Origin: an uncultured Clostridia bacterium
Lineage (GTDB): Bacteria; Bacillota; Clostridia; Lachnospirales; CAMVHY01
Assembly: GCA_947073045.1 (NCBI GenBank)
Contig: CAMTJU010000005.1
Location: 2,187 to 66,186, forward strand
DNA length: 64,000 bases
Direction: 5' to 3'
Position 1 is the first letter of the stretch. Each line of letters opens with the position of its first letter. Shown here piece after piece: positions 43,787 to 53,333 of the stretch. A program made the position numbers and the translations under genes. The notes beneath the pieces were generated by a model, which saw only the letters and a program-made list of their open reading frames with translations, did not search any database and was not told where the DNA came from.

Positions 43787-45802
43787 TTATCTTGTTTCTA
43801 CTAAAGGTTGATTATTTGCACGATTAAGGATTTGTTGATTATTTTGCTGATTTAAAATTAATGCAAATGCAGCAGCAGGCATAGATGCATAATAACATGA
43901 TGCTGCAACACTAGCAATTGTTAAATTTGTATTGATTAATGCTACTGTACTTGCATATGATGCATATAAAGTTAAAAAAGTTGGAATTAAAGCCATAAAA
44001 TCCATAGTATTCAAATATGCACGAAATTGAGCAGTTGTATTAGGATTATTTAATAATTGAGTTTTGAAAAGTGTAGCCATATTTGCGTTAGTTTTATACA
44101 ATTCAAACATTGCTTTCAAAAAATATTGGGCTGTTTCTAAGTTTAATTCTATTTTTCCCACTGCCAATGCTTGTATAAAATTTTTGCTTTGTGTTTGTGA
44201 ATATTCCCTAAGTATAGCTAATTTAAATTCAGGTTTCAAAGATTGACTGGACATAAATTTACATATTATTTCAACCTGTTTTTTTGGTGGATAAAGAGAT
44301 ATTTTTACGTTTATTGCTGATAATAATATTGATTCTTTTTGCTGTTTTATTTGAAAATAATTTTTAAAATTGCTAATGCTAGGTTTGAAATAATTATTTA
44401 GCTTTCCTTCACTTACTGCTTTCAAAAAGCCATTTCCTAGTGTTGTGAAATTTGACCATTTTCCTTCTGTGAATTGATGGATTTTATGGATTTGATGCAA
44501 TTGACACCAATATTTAAATTCAACATTTTTTTCTTCAAATTTAAATAATATATTAGTTACATCTTGATTTTCAATTTCTTTAATTTCTCTTTTTATATCT
44601 TCAAAATCACTTAACTTTTCGGCAGAGTCAACTGTTATATTTTCAACAGGATTCATTGAATCTATTTTAATTTGACTTGGTATTAGAGTTGGATCATTTA
44701 AGTGATTTAAAAACTCAAGTTGAGAGTTTTTTTCTATTAAATTACTAATAGTGATTTCAGAGTCGGTAGGAAATTCTACTTCTTTTAAAATAGATCCACT
44801 TTTAATAAGAACTTTTTCAAAAAAGTTATTTTTAAATGTTTTTTCATATTCTTTTAGTTCGTTTTTATTTGAATTCATAACATGTGCGAATTGAACTTTA
44901 TTCATATTGACGATAATTTTTTTAGATTCTTTTTCGTTATTATATTCGGCTGTAAATGTTTTTTCTTTTAGATAAGTATTTTCGATCAAATCAATAATTG
45001 TATTTTGGATATCCGGATTGTTTAAATTATTTTTTAATATTAGCTGATTAGGTTTTAACTCATTTTCGTCAGCATTATTAATTTGACTAATATAATTTCT
45101 TTGGTTTTCATTAAATATACTATCTATTATTCTCCAAAATTTGATTTCAAGAGATTTGGGGGGAACAGAACTATGCAAGCATTTATTATTATAAAAAATG
45201 AATGTCATATAACTAGAACATTTTGCAAATAGTTCAAAAATTTTATCTATAAATAATTTATTTCCTAATTGATCCCTCAATAAAATATTACTTTTGCAAT
45301 TTTCAAAATGTAAATTTAAATTTGTTGTACCCTGGGTGAAAAAAAAATTCTTATAACAAATATATTTTAATAATTTTTCTATAAGAGATGTATATTTTAG
45401 ACTATGTGCAGCTATTAAAGAATTTATTTGATATTTTTGAGGTTCACTCAATTCATTATATAAATTTGGTTGGTTTAAAATTTGATTAGGATATGCGCCA
45501 ATAATATTTTTAAAATCATCTACAAATTTTTGGTTACATATCAAATTTGATACAAAACCAACGAATATACTAAAATCATTAATAGGCATTTTATTAAACA
45601 ATTCAATTTTTTCATCTGAAAGTTTAGAAATATCTTCACAATCATGGCAATACTTACCAATATTAATCAACGGCGAAATGCTAAGGATTGTATTACTAAA
45701 AGTTGTACCAATAGGTATTGCAAGTGCATACAATATTCTTTCACGTATTCTTAACCATTCTGTATTTTCTTGTGTAGTTTGAACATCAACAACATTTTCC
45801 AC
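43787..45802 (-). CDS. Large orphan protein with a C-terminal bilobed hydrophobic segment and N/Q-rich tail
   Basis: Long open frame. GTG 45802 follows an AAGGAAGTGA RBS (the ORF track starts at 45832). No recognisable family. Confidence 0.85.
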   Translation of the reverse strand: MENVVDVQTTQENTEWLRIRERILYALAIPIGTTFSNTILSISPLINIGKYCHDCEDISKLSDEKIELFNKMPINDFSIFVGFVSNLICNQKFVDDFKNIIGAYPNQILNQPNLYNELSEPQKYQINSLIAAHSLKYTSLIEKLLKYICYKNFFFTQGTTNLNLHFENCKSNILLRDQLGNKLFIDKIFELFAKCSSYMTFIFYNNKCLHSSVPPKSLEIKFWRIIDSIFNENQRNYISQINNADENELKPNQLILKNNLNNPDIQNTIIDLIENTYLKEKTFTAEYNNEKESKKIIVNMNKVQFAHVMNSNKNELKEYEKTFKNNFFEKVLIKSGSILKEVEFPTDSEITISNLIEKNSQLEFLNHLNDPTLIPSQIKIDSMNPVENITVDSAEKLSDFEDIKREIKEIENQDVTNILFKFEEKNVEFKYWCQLHQIHKIHQFTEGKWSNFTTLGNGFLKAVSEGKLNNYFKPSISNFKNYFQIKQQKESILLSAINVKISLYPPKKQVEIICKFMSSQSLKPEFKLAILREYSQTQSKNFIQALAVGKIELNLETAQYFLKAMFELYKTNANMATLFKTQLLNNPNTTAQFRAYLNTMDFMALIPTFLTLYASYASTVALINTNLTIASVAASCYYASMPAAAFALILNQQNNQQILNRANNQPLVETR

Positions 45803-45839
45803 ATTTATCACTTCCTTATGAGATGATGTCACTAATTAA

Positions 45840-45868
45840 ATTATATCATAAGGGATGATTATTAGCAA
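45840..45868 (-). promoter_or_regulatory. Sigma-A promoter of the orphan gene
   Basis: TTGCTA-17bp-TATAAT with TG extension. Confidence 0.7.
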
Positions 45869-45870
45869 TA

Positions 45871-46299
45871 TTAATATACACGAGCTTTTTGAAGTGCATT
45901 GTCTACTGCACTGATTAAAATTTTTCCTGTAACTGCGTAATCATTTATTGTTGGAATATCTAAAGATTGATAATGAATAATTTCACGTGAGAGCATTTCC
46001 ATTGTCGGTTTAAATAGGGGATAGAAAACCTCTTGCGTTTCGTTTATATCATTCAATTTTATAGCTAAAATTTCATTTTCATTTACATTTACTTCGATGT
46101 TAACAGGTTTGTTGTGCAAAATAATTTGAGATGAATAGATGCCCGGAGTATAAATTGAAGATGTTTTTTGATTTTCCTCTTTATTTTTAGGAATGAAGAC
46201 AAATATCAATAAACCTATCAGGATTAAACCGATTAAGGTAAATACGCACGATTTTATAATTTGTTTTAGATGAAGCACTATAATTTTTGTTGTGCCCAT
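45871..46299 (-). CDS. Conserved clostridial membrane-anchored protein (FMN-binding-like fold)
   Basis: N-terminal TM; YTPGIYSS...VNIEVNV and AVDNALQKA patterns; AAGGAGG RBS. Confidence 0.6.
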   Translation of the reverse strand: MGTTKIIVLHLKQIIKSCVFTLIGLILIGLLIFVFIPKNKEENQKTSSIYTPGIYSSQIILHNKPVNIEVNVNENEILAIKLNDINETQEVFYPLFKPTMEMLSREIIHYQSLDIPTINDYAVTGKILISAVDNALQKARVY

Positions 46300-46383
46300 T
46301 TAATAATAGCCTCCTTATTTTTAATTACTTGATTATATTTTATTAGGCGGGTAAAATAATTATGAGTAAAAAGGAGATAAAAA

Positions 46384-49300
46384 ATGAGTTTGCAATATAT
46401 AATGGGTGGGCCATCGAGCGGTAAAACTAAATTTTGTATTGACAAGATTTTAGAATTTGGTACTGATGAAAATATATTATTGATAGTGCCGGAACAATTT
46501 TCATTGCAGGCCGAAAAGGAATTAATAAAATTAAAAGGCGCAATAGTTAATACGCAAGTATTAAGTTTTCAGCGTCTTTCATTTTATATATTTTCGGAGC
46601 TTGGCAATGTAAATAAAATTTTGTTAGAGGACATCGGTAAGAATATTTTATTGCGAAAGATTTTATCGCATATACAATTAAATTTTTTTGCAAATTCACG
46701 TAATCAAGGTTTTATTGACAGCCTTAGTTCTATGATAAGCGAATTTTATAAGTATGAGATAAGTTTGTCTGATTTGGATAATTATATTGAATTTGCGTCG
46801 GATGATTTGAAAATAAAGATGCAGGATTTATATCTTGTGTATAAAGAATATAGCGAGTACATAAAAGAAAAATATTTATCGCTGGATGAAACGTTAGATA
46901 TTTTAGCCGATAAAATTAATGAGTCGAAATACCTAAGTGGCATAAAAATTTTTATGGATGGATTCGACAGTTTTAATCCACAGGAATATAAAGTGATAAA
47001 CGAGTTAATGAAAGTAGCGGAGGATATATTTTTTACAGCTGGTATTCACTTAAATCAAGGACACGGTACGAAATATTTAAATCCAATTTGGAATGATCCA
47101 TATTTTGAAATTAAGAATACGGTAAATAATATAACAGAGCTTGCGCAAATTAATGGACTTGAAATAAAAAATCCTATTTCGTTGAAAAAAGTATATAAAG
47201 AAAATTATGAGCTGGAGTTTTTAAGTAATAATTATTTTTATTTTTATGCACAGGAATATTCTCAGCCGGCGGAAAATATTTTTCTTTACAGCGCGAATGA
47301 TTTATACGATGAAATAAATTTCATAGCTAAGAAAATAATTAATTACGTAAGAAATGGAATGCGTTTTAATCAGATTGCAATTGTTGTAGGGAATTTAGAA
47401 GAATACGCAAATCAAATCGAACGAATTTTTTCTTTGTATTCGATACCGTATTTCATAGATGCAAAAGTAAGTATTATGACAAACAGGATTGTAGAATTTA
47501 TACGGGCAGCTTTTGATATTATTATTTATAATTTTTCATATGAGAGTGTTTTTAGATTTTTAAAGACAGACTTATTGGATATCGATTTAGATGACATAGA
47601 TTTAATTGAGGATTATGTATTGGAATTTGGGATAAAGGGTAAGCTTTGGAAAAATGATTGGCATTTTGGATTTAACAAGTACAATGAAAAAGAAATTATT
47701 CGTATAAAAAATTTGGTTTTAGAGAAAACAGATTTTTTATCTGAAAATTTATCTGCCAATCGCAAATATGAAGTAAGTTGGTTGTGCAAATTTATTTTTG
47801 ATATGCTTAATCATTTTGATTTGGAAAACAAATTAAATGAGAACAGTGAAGAAAATTTAAAAGTATGGGCAAAGATTTGTGAAGTACTTGATAAAATTGT
47901 TGATATTCTATCGGGAACGAAGGTTGATATTTTAGAATTTGTGTCAATTTTGGATGAGGGATTAAAAAAAATAGATTTGGGACTGATTCCACAATTTTCA
48001 GACCAAATTATAATAGGAGATATCGAACGTTCCAGAATACCGAATGTAAAAGTTTTATTCATTGCCGGAGCTAACGAAGGATATTTACCAAAATCTAATG
48101 ACGAAATTAATTTATTCAATAATGATGAGAAAATGTTTTTGAAATCGTTAGGAATGAAATTTGCGCCAGATATGGAACGCAAAATTTTTAAGAGCGATTT
48201 TTTATTATACGGATTGCTTTCGAAACCATCTTATCAATTGAATATAAGCTGCAGTTTGAAAAATAGCGATGAAAAGCAAATGTATCCTGCCAACGTTTTT
48301 AATAAGATAAAAAAATTATTTCCATATGGAAGTAAAAATGTTAATAATGATATAAGTTTGCCATCTGCTATGCTAAATGATATCGTGAAGATTATTTATA
48401 ATAAAAATCCTGATGACTCCCAAATTCAAGTTTATAATTGGTTTAGAAATAATAATGAGTATGAAAAAAAGATATTGAAATTTGAAAATGTTGCTTTGAA
48501 AAATAATGCAGGCAGTTTAAAAATTGCGCGTATCTGTGATAAAATTAATATAAGTGTGACGCAGCTTGAAAGTTATGCAAAATGTCCGTTCGCTCATTTT
48601 TTAAAGTATGATTTAAAACTAAAAAAACGTAAAATTTATACTCTTAAATCCGTTGACATTGGTTCATTTTTACATGCTGCATTGAAACAATTTTTCTTGA
48701 TCGTGAAAAATAAAAACGTTATGTTTGAATGCCGCGATAATCTGGAATTTTATATCGATGAAGCAATTAAAGAATGTGATTTCGACGAAAATATTTTTTA
48801 TGAGTCGGCTTATTATAAATTTTTGCTCTATCATATTAAAAATGTTTTATATGCCTCAATCTCGGCAATGCTTAATGATATCGAAAGTGAAAAATATATT
48901 CCGGATGAATTTGAATTTGAGTTTTCTAATATAAAATTGGCAGATAAAATATTTTTAAATGGAAAGATTGATCGTATCGATATTTTGAAAATTGGCAATG
49001 AAAAATATTTGAGGGTTATCGATTATAAATCTAGTGAGAAAAAAATTTCGCAAATTGAAGTTGAATCCGGAGTCCAACTGCAATTGCTTCTTTATTTAAA
49101 AATACTTTTGGATGATAAAATAAAGCCGGGTGGTGCTTTCTATTTTCATTTGGATAATCCTTTTATAGATTTGAAAAATGAAATTGATGATTTGGAATTG
49201 CAGAAGAAAATCAATGATAAATTTAAAATGGTCGGGACTAAAATTGAAAAAATTGATGAATTAATTGAAACTGCATGCTGCAGTGCAAAAAATATTGGCG

Positions 49301-49410
49301 ATGAAATTTTAAACGGCAATATAGATATAAAACCACATGATAAATTTTCATGTCTTTATTGCCCTTATTCTTGCGTATGCCAAAAAAAACAGGTGTTTTA
49401 TGCTGATTAG
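46384..49410 (+). CDS. addB: AddB/RexB-like ATP-dependent helicase/nuclease subunit B
   Basis: GGPSSGKT and LIVPEQFS motifs; SVTQLESYAKCPF; GKIDRID...VIDYKS nuclease motif; C-terminal CLYCPYSCVC Fe-S ligands. Confidence 0.9.
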   Translation: MSLQYIMGGPSSGKTKFCIDKILEFGTDENILLIVPEQFSLQAEKELIKLKGAIVNTQVLSFQRLSFYIFSELGNVNKILLEDIGKNILLRKILSHIQLNFFANSRNQGFIDSLSSMISEFYKYEISLSDLDNYIEFASDDLKIKMQDLYLVYKEYSEYIKEKYLSLDETLDILADKINESKYLSGIKIFMDGFDSFNPQEYKVINELMKVAEDIFFTAGIHLNQGHGTKYLNPIWNDPYFEIKNTVNNITELAQINGLEIKNPISLKKVYKENYELEFLSNNYFYFYAQEYSQPAENIFLYSANDLYDEINFIAKKIINYVRNGMRFNQIAIVVGNLEEYANQIERIFSLYSIPYFIDAKVSIMTNRIVEFIRAAFDIIIYNFSYESVFRFLKTDLLDIDLDDIDLIEDYVLEFGIKGKLWKNDWHFGFNKYNEKEIIRIKNLVLEKTDFLSENLSANRKYEVSWLCKFIFDMLNHFDLENKLNENSEENLKVWAKICEVLDKIVDILSGTKVDILEFVSILDEGLKKIDLGLIPQFSDQIIIGDIERSRIPNVKVLFIAGANEGYLPKSNDEINLFNNDEKMFLKSLGMKFAPDMERKIFKSDFLLYGLLSKPSYQLNISCSLKNSDEKQMYPANVFNKIKKLFPYGSKNVNNDISLPSAMLNDIVKIIYNKNPDDSQIQVYNWFRNNNEYEKKILKFENVALKNNAGSLKIARICDKINISVTQLESYAKCPFAHFLKYDLKLKKRKIYTLKSVDIGSFLHAALKQFFLIVKNKNVMFECRDNLEFYIDEAIKECDFDENIFYESAYYKFLLYHIKNVLYASISAMLNDIESEKYIPDEFEFEFSNIKLADKIFLNGKIDRIDILKIGNEKYLRVIDYKSSEKKISQIEVESGVQLQLLLYLKILLDDKIKPGGAFYFHLDNPFIDLKNEIDDLELQKKINDKFKMVGTKIEKIDELIETACCSAKNIGDEILNGNIDIKPHDKFSCLYCPYSCVCQKKQVFYAD

Positions 49411-50224
49411 AGATGCTTTGTATTATGGGAAAAATTATTTGCGTGAGTCTAAATCGCCTTTTTTAGACTCACTTGTTTTATTGCAAAATGTCACGTGCCT
49501 CACTAAAGAAAAAATTTTGTTATCGAATGAACTTATTCCTAATGATTTATTCGATAATTTTTGCAGACTCTTGAAATTGCGAAAGGAAAATATGCCAATT
49601 CAATACATTATTCAGCGCGCAGAATTTATGGGATTGAAATTTTATGTAGACGAAAATGTTTTAATTCCGCGAAGTGACACCGAAATTTTAGTTGAGACTG
49701 TTATAAATTTCATTGGCAATAAAAAATTAAATGTGCTGGATTTGTGTAGTGGCAGCGGTTGTATTTCTATTGCTTTGAAAAAGTTTTGCCCAAACATAAA
49801 TATTATTGGTATCGACATAAGCCAAAAGGCAATTGATATAGCTAATAAAAATGCAGCCATAAATAATGTGAACGTTGAATTCGAATGCGGTGATATTTTT
49901 GAAAAATTTATTTCTAATATCCCCCCTATGTTTGATATAATTATTTCGAATCCGCCTTATATAATTTCTGATAAAATTAATAATCTTGATGCAAATGTTA
50001 AGGATTTTGAGCCTAAAATAGCTTTGGATGGTGGGGAAGATGGACTTGATTTTTACAGGTTTATAACGCAGAAAATAAATCATAGATGTGAAATTTTTTT
50101 TGAAATTGGATATGACCAGGCTAAAAGTGTTTGTTATATGTTGAATACAAATGGATTTGGCAATATAAAAGTTATAAAAGATTTAGCGGGGCTTGACAGA
50201 GTTATTTATGCAAATAGGGAGTGA
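49400..50224 (+). CDS. prmC: Release factor glutamine methyltransferase
   Basis: [25 protein letters not shown] and KDLAGLDR motifs; ATG 49400. Confidence 0.95.
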   Translation: MLIRDALYYGKNYLRESKSPFLDSLVLLQNVTCLTKEKILLSNELIPNDLFDNFCRLLKLRKENMPIQYIIQRAEFMGLKFYVDENVLIPRSDTEILVETVINFIGNKKLNVLDLCSGSGCISIALKKFCPNINIIGIDISQKAIDIANKNAAINNVNVEFECGDIFEKFISNIPPMFDIIISNPPYIISDKINNLDANVKDFEPKIALDGGEDGLDFYRFITQKINHRCEIFFEIGYDQAKSVCYMLNTNGFGNIKVIKDLAGLDRVIYANRE

Positions 50225-50231
50225 AATATTT

Positions 50232-51305
50232 ATGTTTACAAAGCTTGAGCAATTAAAACAAAGATATGATGAATTATCGGCTAAATTGAATGAACCGGAT
50301 ATTATGAATGATCGTGAATTGTGGAAGAAGATGATTAAGGAACACAGTAATTTATCTGATATTGTTGAAAAATATGAAGAATATAAAACTGTGCTCGATA
50401 ACATAAACGAATCGAAATTGATACTGGAAGAAAGTTCAGATGAGGAATTGAGAATGCTGGCAAAAGAGGAATTAAAAGAAAACAGTGGCAATCTCGAAAA
50501 GATTGAGAACGAAATAAAAATTCTTTTATTGCCCAAGGATCCCAATGATCAAAAAAATGTTATTGTTGAAATACGTGGTGGAGCTGGCGGCGATGAAGCA
50601 GCTTTGTTTGCCGGTGATTTATTTCGCATGTATTCGCATTATGCTGAATCAAGAAACTGGAAAACCGAAATACTTAATATGAATGAAAGTGATATTGGTG
50701 GGTTTAAAGAAATTGTTTTTATGATTAACGGCAAGGGTGCTTATTCAAGATTGAAATATGAAAGCGGGGTACATCGTGTTCAAAGAGTTCCGGAAACTGA
50801 ATCGAGTGGCCGTATTCATACTTCTACTGTTACTGTCGCAATTTTGCCGGAAGCTGAAGATGTTGACGTCGATATAAACCAAAATGATTTAAGAATAGAT
50901 GTTTTTCGTTCATCTGGAAATGGTGGTCAAAGTGTAAATACGACTGATTCAGCTGTAAGAGTTACTCATATTCCAACGGGAATAGTAATTTCTTGCCAGG
51001 ATGAAAAATCTCAATTGAAAAATAAAGACAAAGCATTAAAAATTTTGCGGGCCAAGCTTTATGAATTGGAATTGGAGAGGCAGCAAAAAGAATTATCGCA
51101 AACACGAAAAAGTCAAGTTGGTACGGGTGATAGAAGTGAGAGAATCAGAACGTATAATTTTCCACAAGGTCGTGTTACCGATCACAGGATAAATTTAACG
51201 CTGTATAGATTAGATAGTATATTAAACGGAGATTTGGATGAGATAATAGATGCTTTAATAACGACGGACCAAGCAGAAAAATTAAATAATAATCAAAATA
51301 AGTAA
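50232..51305 (+). CDS. prfA: Peptide chain release factor 1
   Basis: [16 protein letters not shown] (PxT), GGQ and [17 protein letters not shown] motifs; ATG 50232. Confidence 0.98.
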   Translation: MFTKLEQLKQRYDELSAKLNEPDIMNDRELWKKMIKEHSNLSDIVEKYEEYKTVLDNINESKLILEESSDEELRMLAKEELKENSGNLEKIENEIKILLLPKDPNDQKNVIVEIRGGAGGDEAALFAGDLFRMYSHYAESRNWKTEILNMNESDIGGFKEIVFMINGKGAYSRLKYESGVHRVQRVPETESSGRIHTSTVTVAILPEAEDVDVDINQNDLRIDVFRSSGNGGQSVNTTDSAVRVTHIPTGIVISCQDEKSQLKNKDKALKILRAKLYELELERQQKELSQTRKSQVGTGDRSERIRTYNFPQGRVTDHRINLTLYRLDSILNGDLDEIIDALITTDQAEKLNNNQNK

Positions 51306-51454
51306 TCATAAATTAAATTATTTATTGTGTTAATTAAAAAATCTTGAACTTAGTTTGAGATTTTTTATTTTGTATTTTTTTTGGCTATGTGTTATAAAGA
51401 AAGCAAAAGATTTTTTTGAAACTAATTTTATTTATTTTAGAGGAGGAAATTTGA

Positions 51455-52009
51455 ATGAAAAACAAATTTTTGTTGCTTGCTTTAATTTTTATAATAGCTG
51501 TTTTTGCTATAAACGTTTATAATGTAAACAAGGAGATGAAAAATTTGCAAGCTATAGATTTTATGATGGAAAATAATTTGAGTTTTTCGTGTGCTGAGTC
51601 GTGCACCGGTGGCTTATTGGCTGCAAAATTTATTGAAAGACCTGGGATATCTAAAATTTTTTATGAAGGAATTGTTGCATACGATAATGATGCAAAAATA
51701 AAAAGATTAGGTGTAAATCCAGAGAGTTTGAAAAATTTTGGTGCTGTAAGTGAGCAGGTTGCTTTGGAAATGCTGGATGGTTTGCAAACAGACGTTTGTA
51801 TCTCAACTACTGGAATTGCGGGTCCAAAGTCGGATGATTCTCAAAAACCGGTTGGACTTGTATATATTGGTTTAAAAATAAAAGATGAGAAATATGTGCG
51901 CAAGTTTAATTTTTCTGGTAATCGCTCGCAAATTAGAAATCAGACAGTTGATACTGCATTGAAATTTCTAAATGAAAAATTAGGTGAGGGTAATGAAAAA
52001 AATAATTAA
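51455..52009 (+). CDS. pncC: CinA C-terminal / PncC NMN deamidase with an N-terminal hydrophobic segment
   Basis: AESCTGG, GAVSEQVA, STTGIAGP and KPVGLVYIG motifs. Confidence 0.88.
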   Translation: MKNKFLLLALIFIIAVFAINVYNVNKEMKNLQAIDFMMENNLSFSCAESCTGGLLAAKFIERPGISKIFYEGIVAYDNDAKIKRLGVNPESLKNFGAVSEQVALEMLDGLQTDVCISTTGIAGPKSDDSQKPVGLVYIGLKIKDEKYVRKFNFSGNRSQIRNQTVDTALKFLNEKLGEGNEKNN

Positions 52010-53261
52010 ACCAAAAGAATTTATAAATGGTGTAATAAGTTTGCCGGGCGATAAATCACTTGCACATCGTGCTTTAATTTTAGGTGCAATTTCTAGCGGG
52101 CGCACCAAAATTAAAAACTTCCCATTTAGTAAAACTTGTATGTATACGCTCAATTGTTTAAAAAATTTGGGCGTGGATATTAAAATTTCATCGGGCAATG
52201 TTATTATAAATGGCAAAGGAATTCATGGCTTGAGCAAATCTAATAAAATATTAAATGCGGGAACAAGTGCAACTACTTTGCGTTTATTAATGGGGTTGCT
52301 CGCTGCGCAAAATTTTCCTTCAAAAATAAAATGCACGGGTTCATTGAAAAGTCGACCAATGGACAGAGTTATTAATCCACTTAGAAAAATGGGCGCTAAT
52401 ATTGTGCATGGCGAAAATTTTGAAATATTTCCTTCAAATTTTTCTGCTATTAATTACAAAATGCCAATAGCAAGTGCACAGGTTAAGTCGGCAATTATCC
52501 TCGCAGGACTTTATTGCAATGACACTGTGCAAATTATCGAACCGATTAAATCGCGCGACCATACTGAGCATATGATAAATTATTTTGGTGGCGATATAAA
52601 ATTTGATGCCAATAAAATTTTAGTTGGTGCAAAACAAAATTTATCTGGTAAAAATATTGAGCTTGCGTGCGACGTTTCAAATGCCGCATTTTTTATTGTG
52701 CTTGCGACAGTTTTTCCAAAAGCTCATTTGATTTTGAACAATATTCTTGTTAATCCAAGGCGCATCGGTTTTATAAATGTATTAAAAAAAATGGGTGCAA
52801 ATATAAAATTTATTAATCAAAGAAAAATCTATGAAGGTGAGTGGGTTGCTGATATAGAAATTAAAAGTGCAAGGCTTCATGCAATTGAAATTTGTACTCA
52901 AACAATCGTTGATATGATAGATGAAGTGCCGGCATTTGTTGTAGCAGCATTGTTTGCGGATGGCACAAGCATAATAAAAGATGCGGGCGAATTGCATTTC
53001 AAAGAATCTGACAGAATAAATTGTTTGTGTGAGGAATTTAATCGGATTGGCGCAAAAATTAAACCTACAGACGATGGAATGATTATCGAAAGTGGGTTTG
53101 ATTATAAATTTACGTCTGCATTTTCACACAATGATCACAGAATTGCTATGGCATTAGTAATTTTTGCTTTAGCCATTAAAAATAAATTAGTTGTTTATGA
53201 TGTGGAATGCATTGCGGATTCATTTGTGACATTTTTTGATTATGTAGAAAATTTTTTTTGA
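51993..53261 (+). CDS. aroA: EPSP synthase (class II-like), divergent
   Basis: PGDKS..HR, RPM, SAQVKS, RDHTE, IDE.P, KESDR and DHRIAM motifs. Confidence 0.9.
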   Translation: MKKIIKPKEFINGVISLPGDKSLAHRALILGAISSGRTKIKNFPFSKTCMYTLNCLKNLGVDIKISSGNVIINGKGIHGLSKSNKILNAGTSATTLRLLMGLLAAQNFPSKIKCTGSLKSRPMDRVINPLRKMGANIVHGENFEIFPSNFSAINYKMPIASAQVKSAIILAGLYCNDTVQIIEPIKSRDHTEHMINYFGGDIKFDANKILVGAKQNLSGKNIELACDVSNAAFFIVLATVFPKAHLILNNILVNPRRIGFINVLKKMGANIKFINQRKIYEGEWVADIEIKSARLHAIEICTQTIVDMIDEVPAFVVAALFADGTSIIKDAGELHFKESDRINCLCEEFNRIGAKIKPTDDGMIIESGFDYKFTSAFSHNDHRIAMALVIFALAIKNKLVVYDVECIADSFVTFFDYVENFF

Positions 53262-53333
53262 AATAATTTGTTCATAATTGATTAACTGTGTGTTCTAATA
53301 TATAATGATATAAAAAAATATCGGAGGCTTTTT

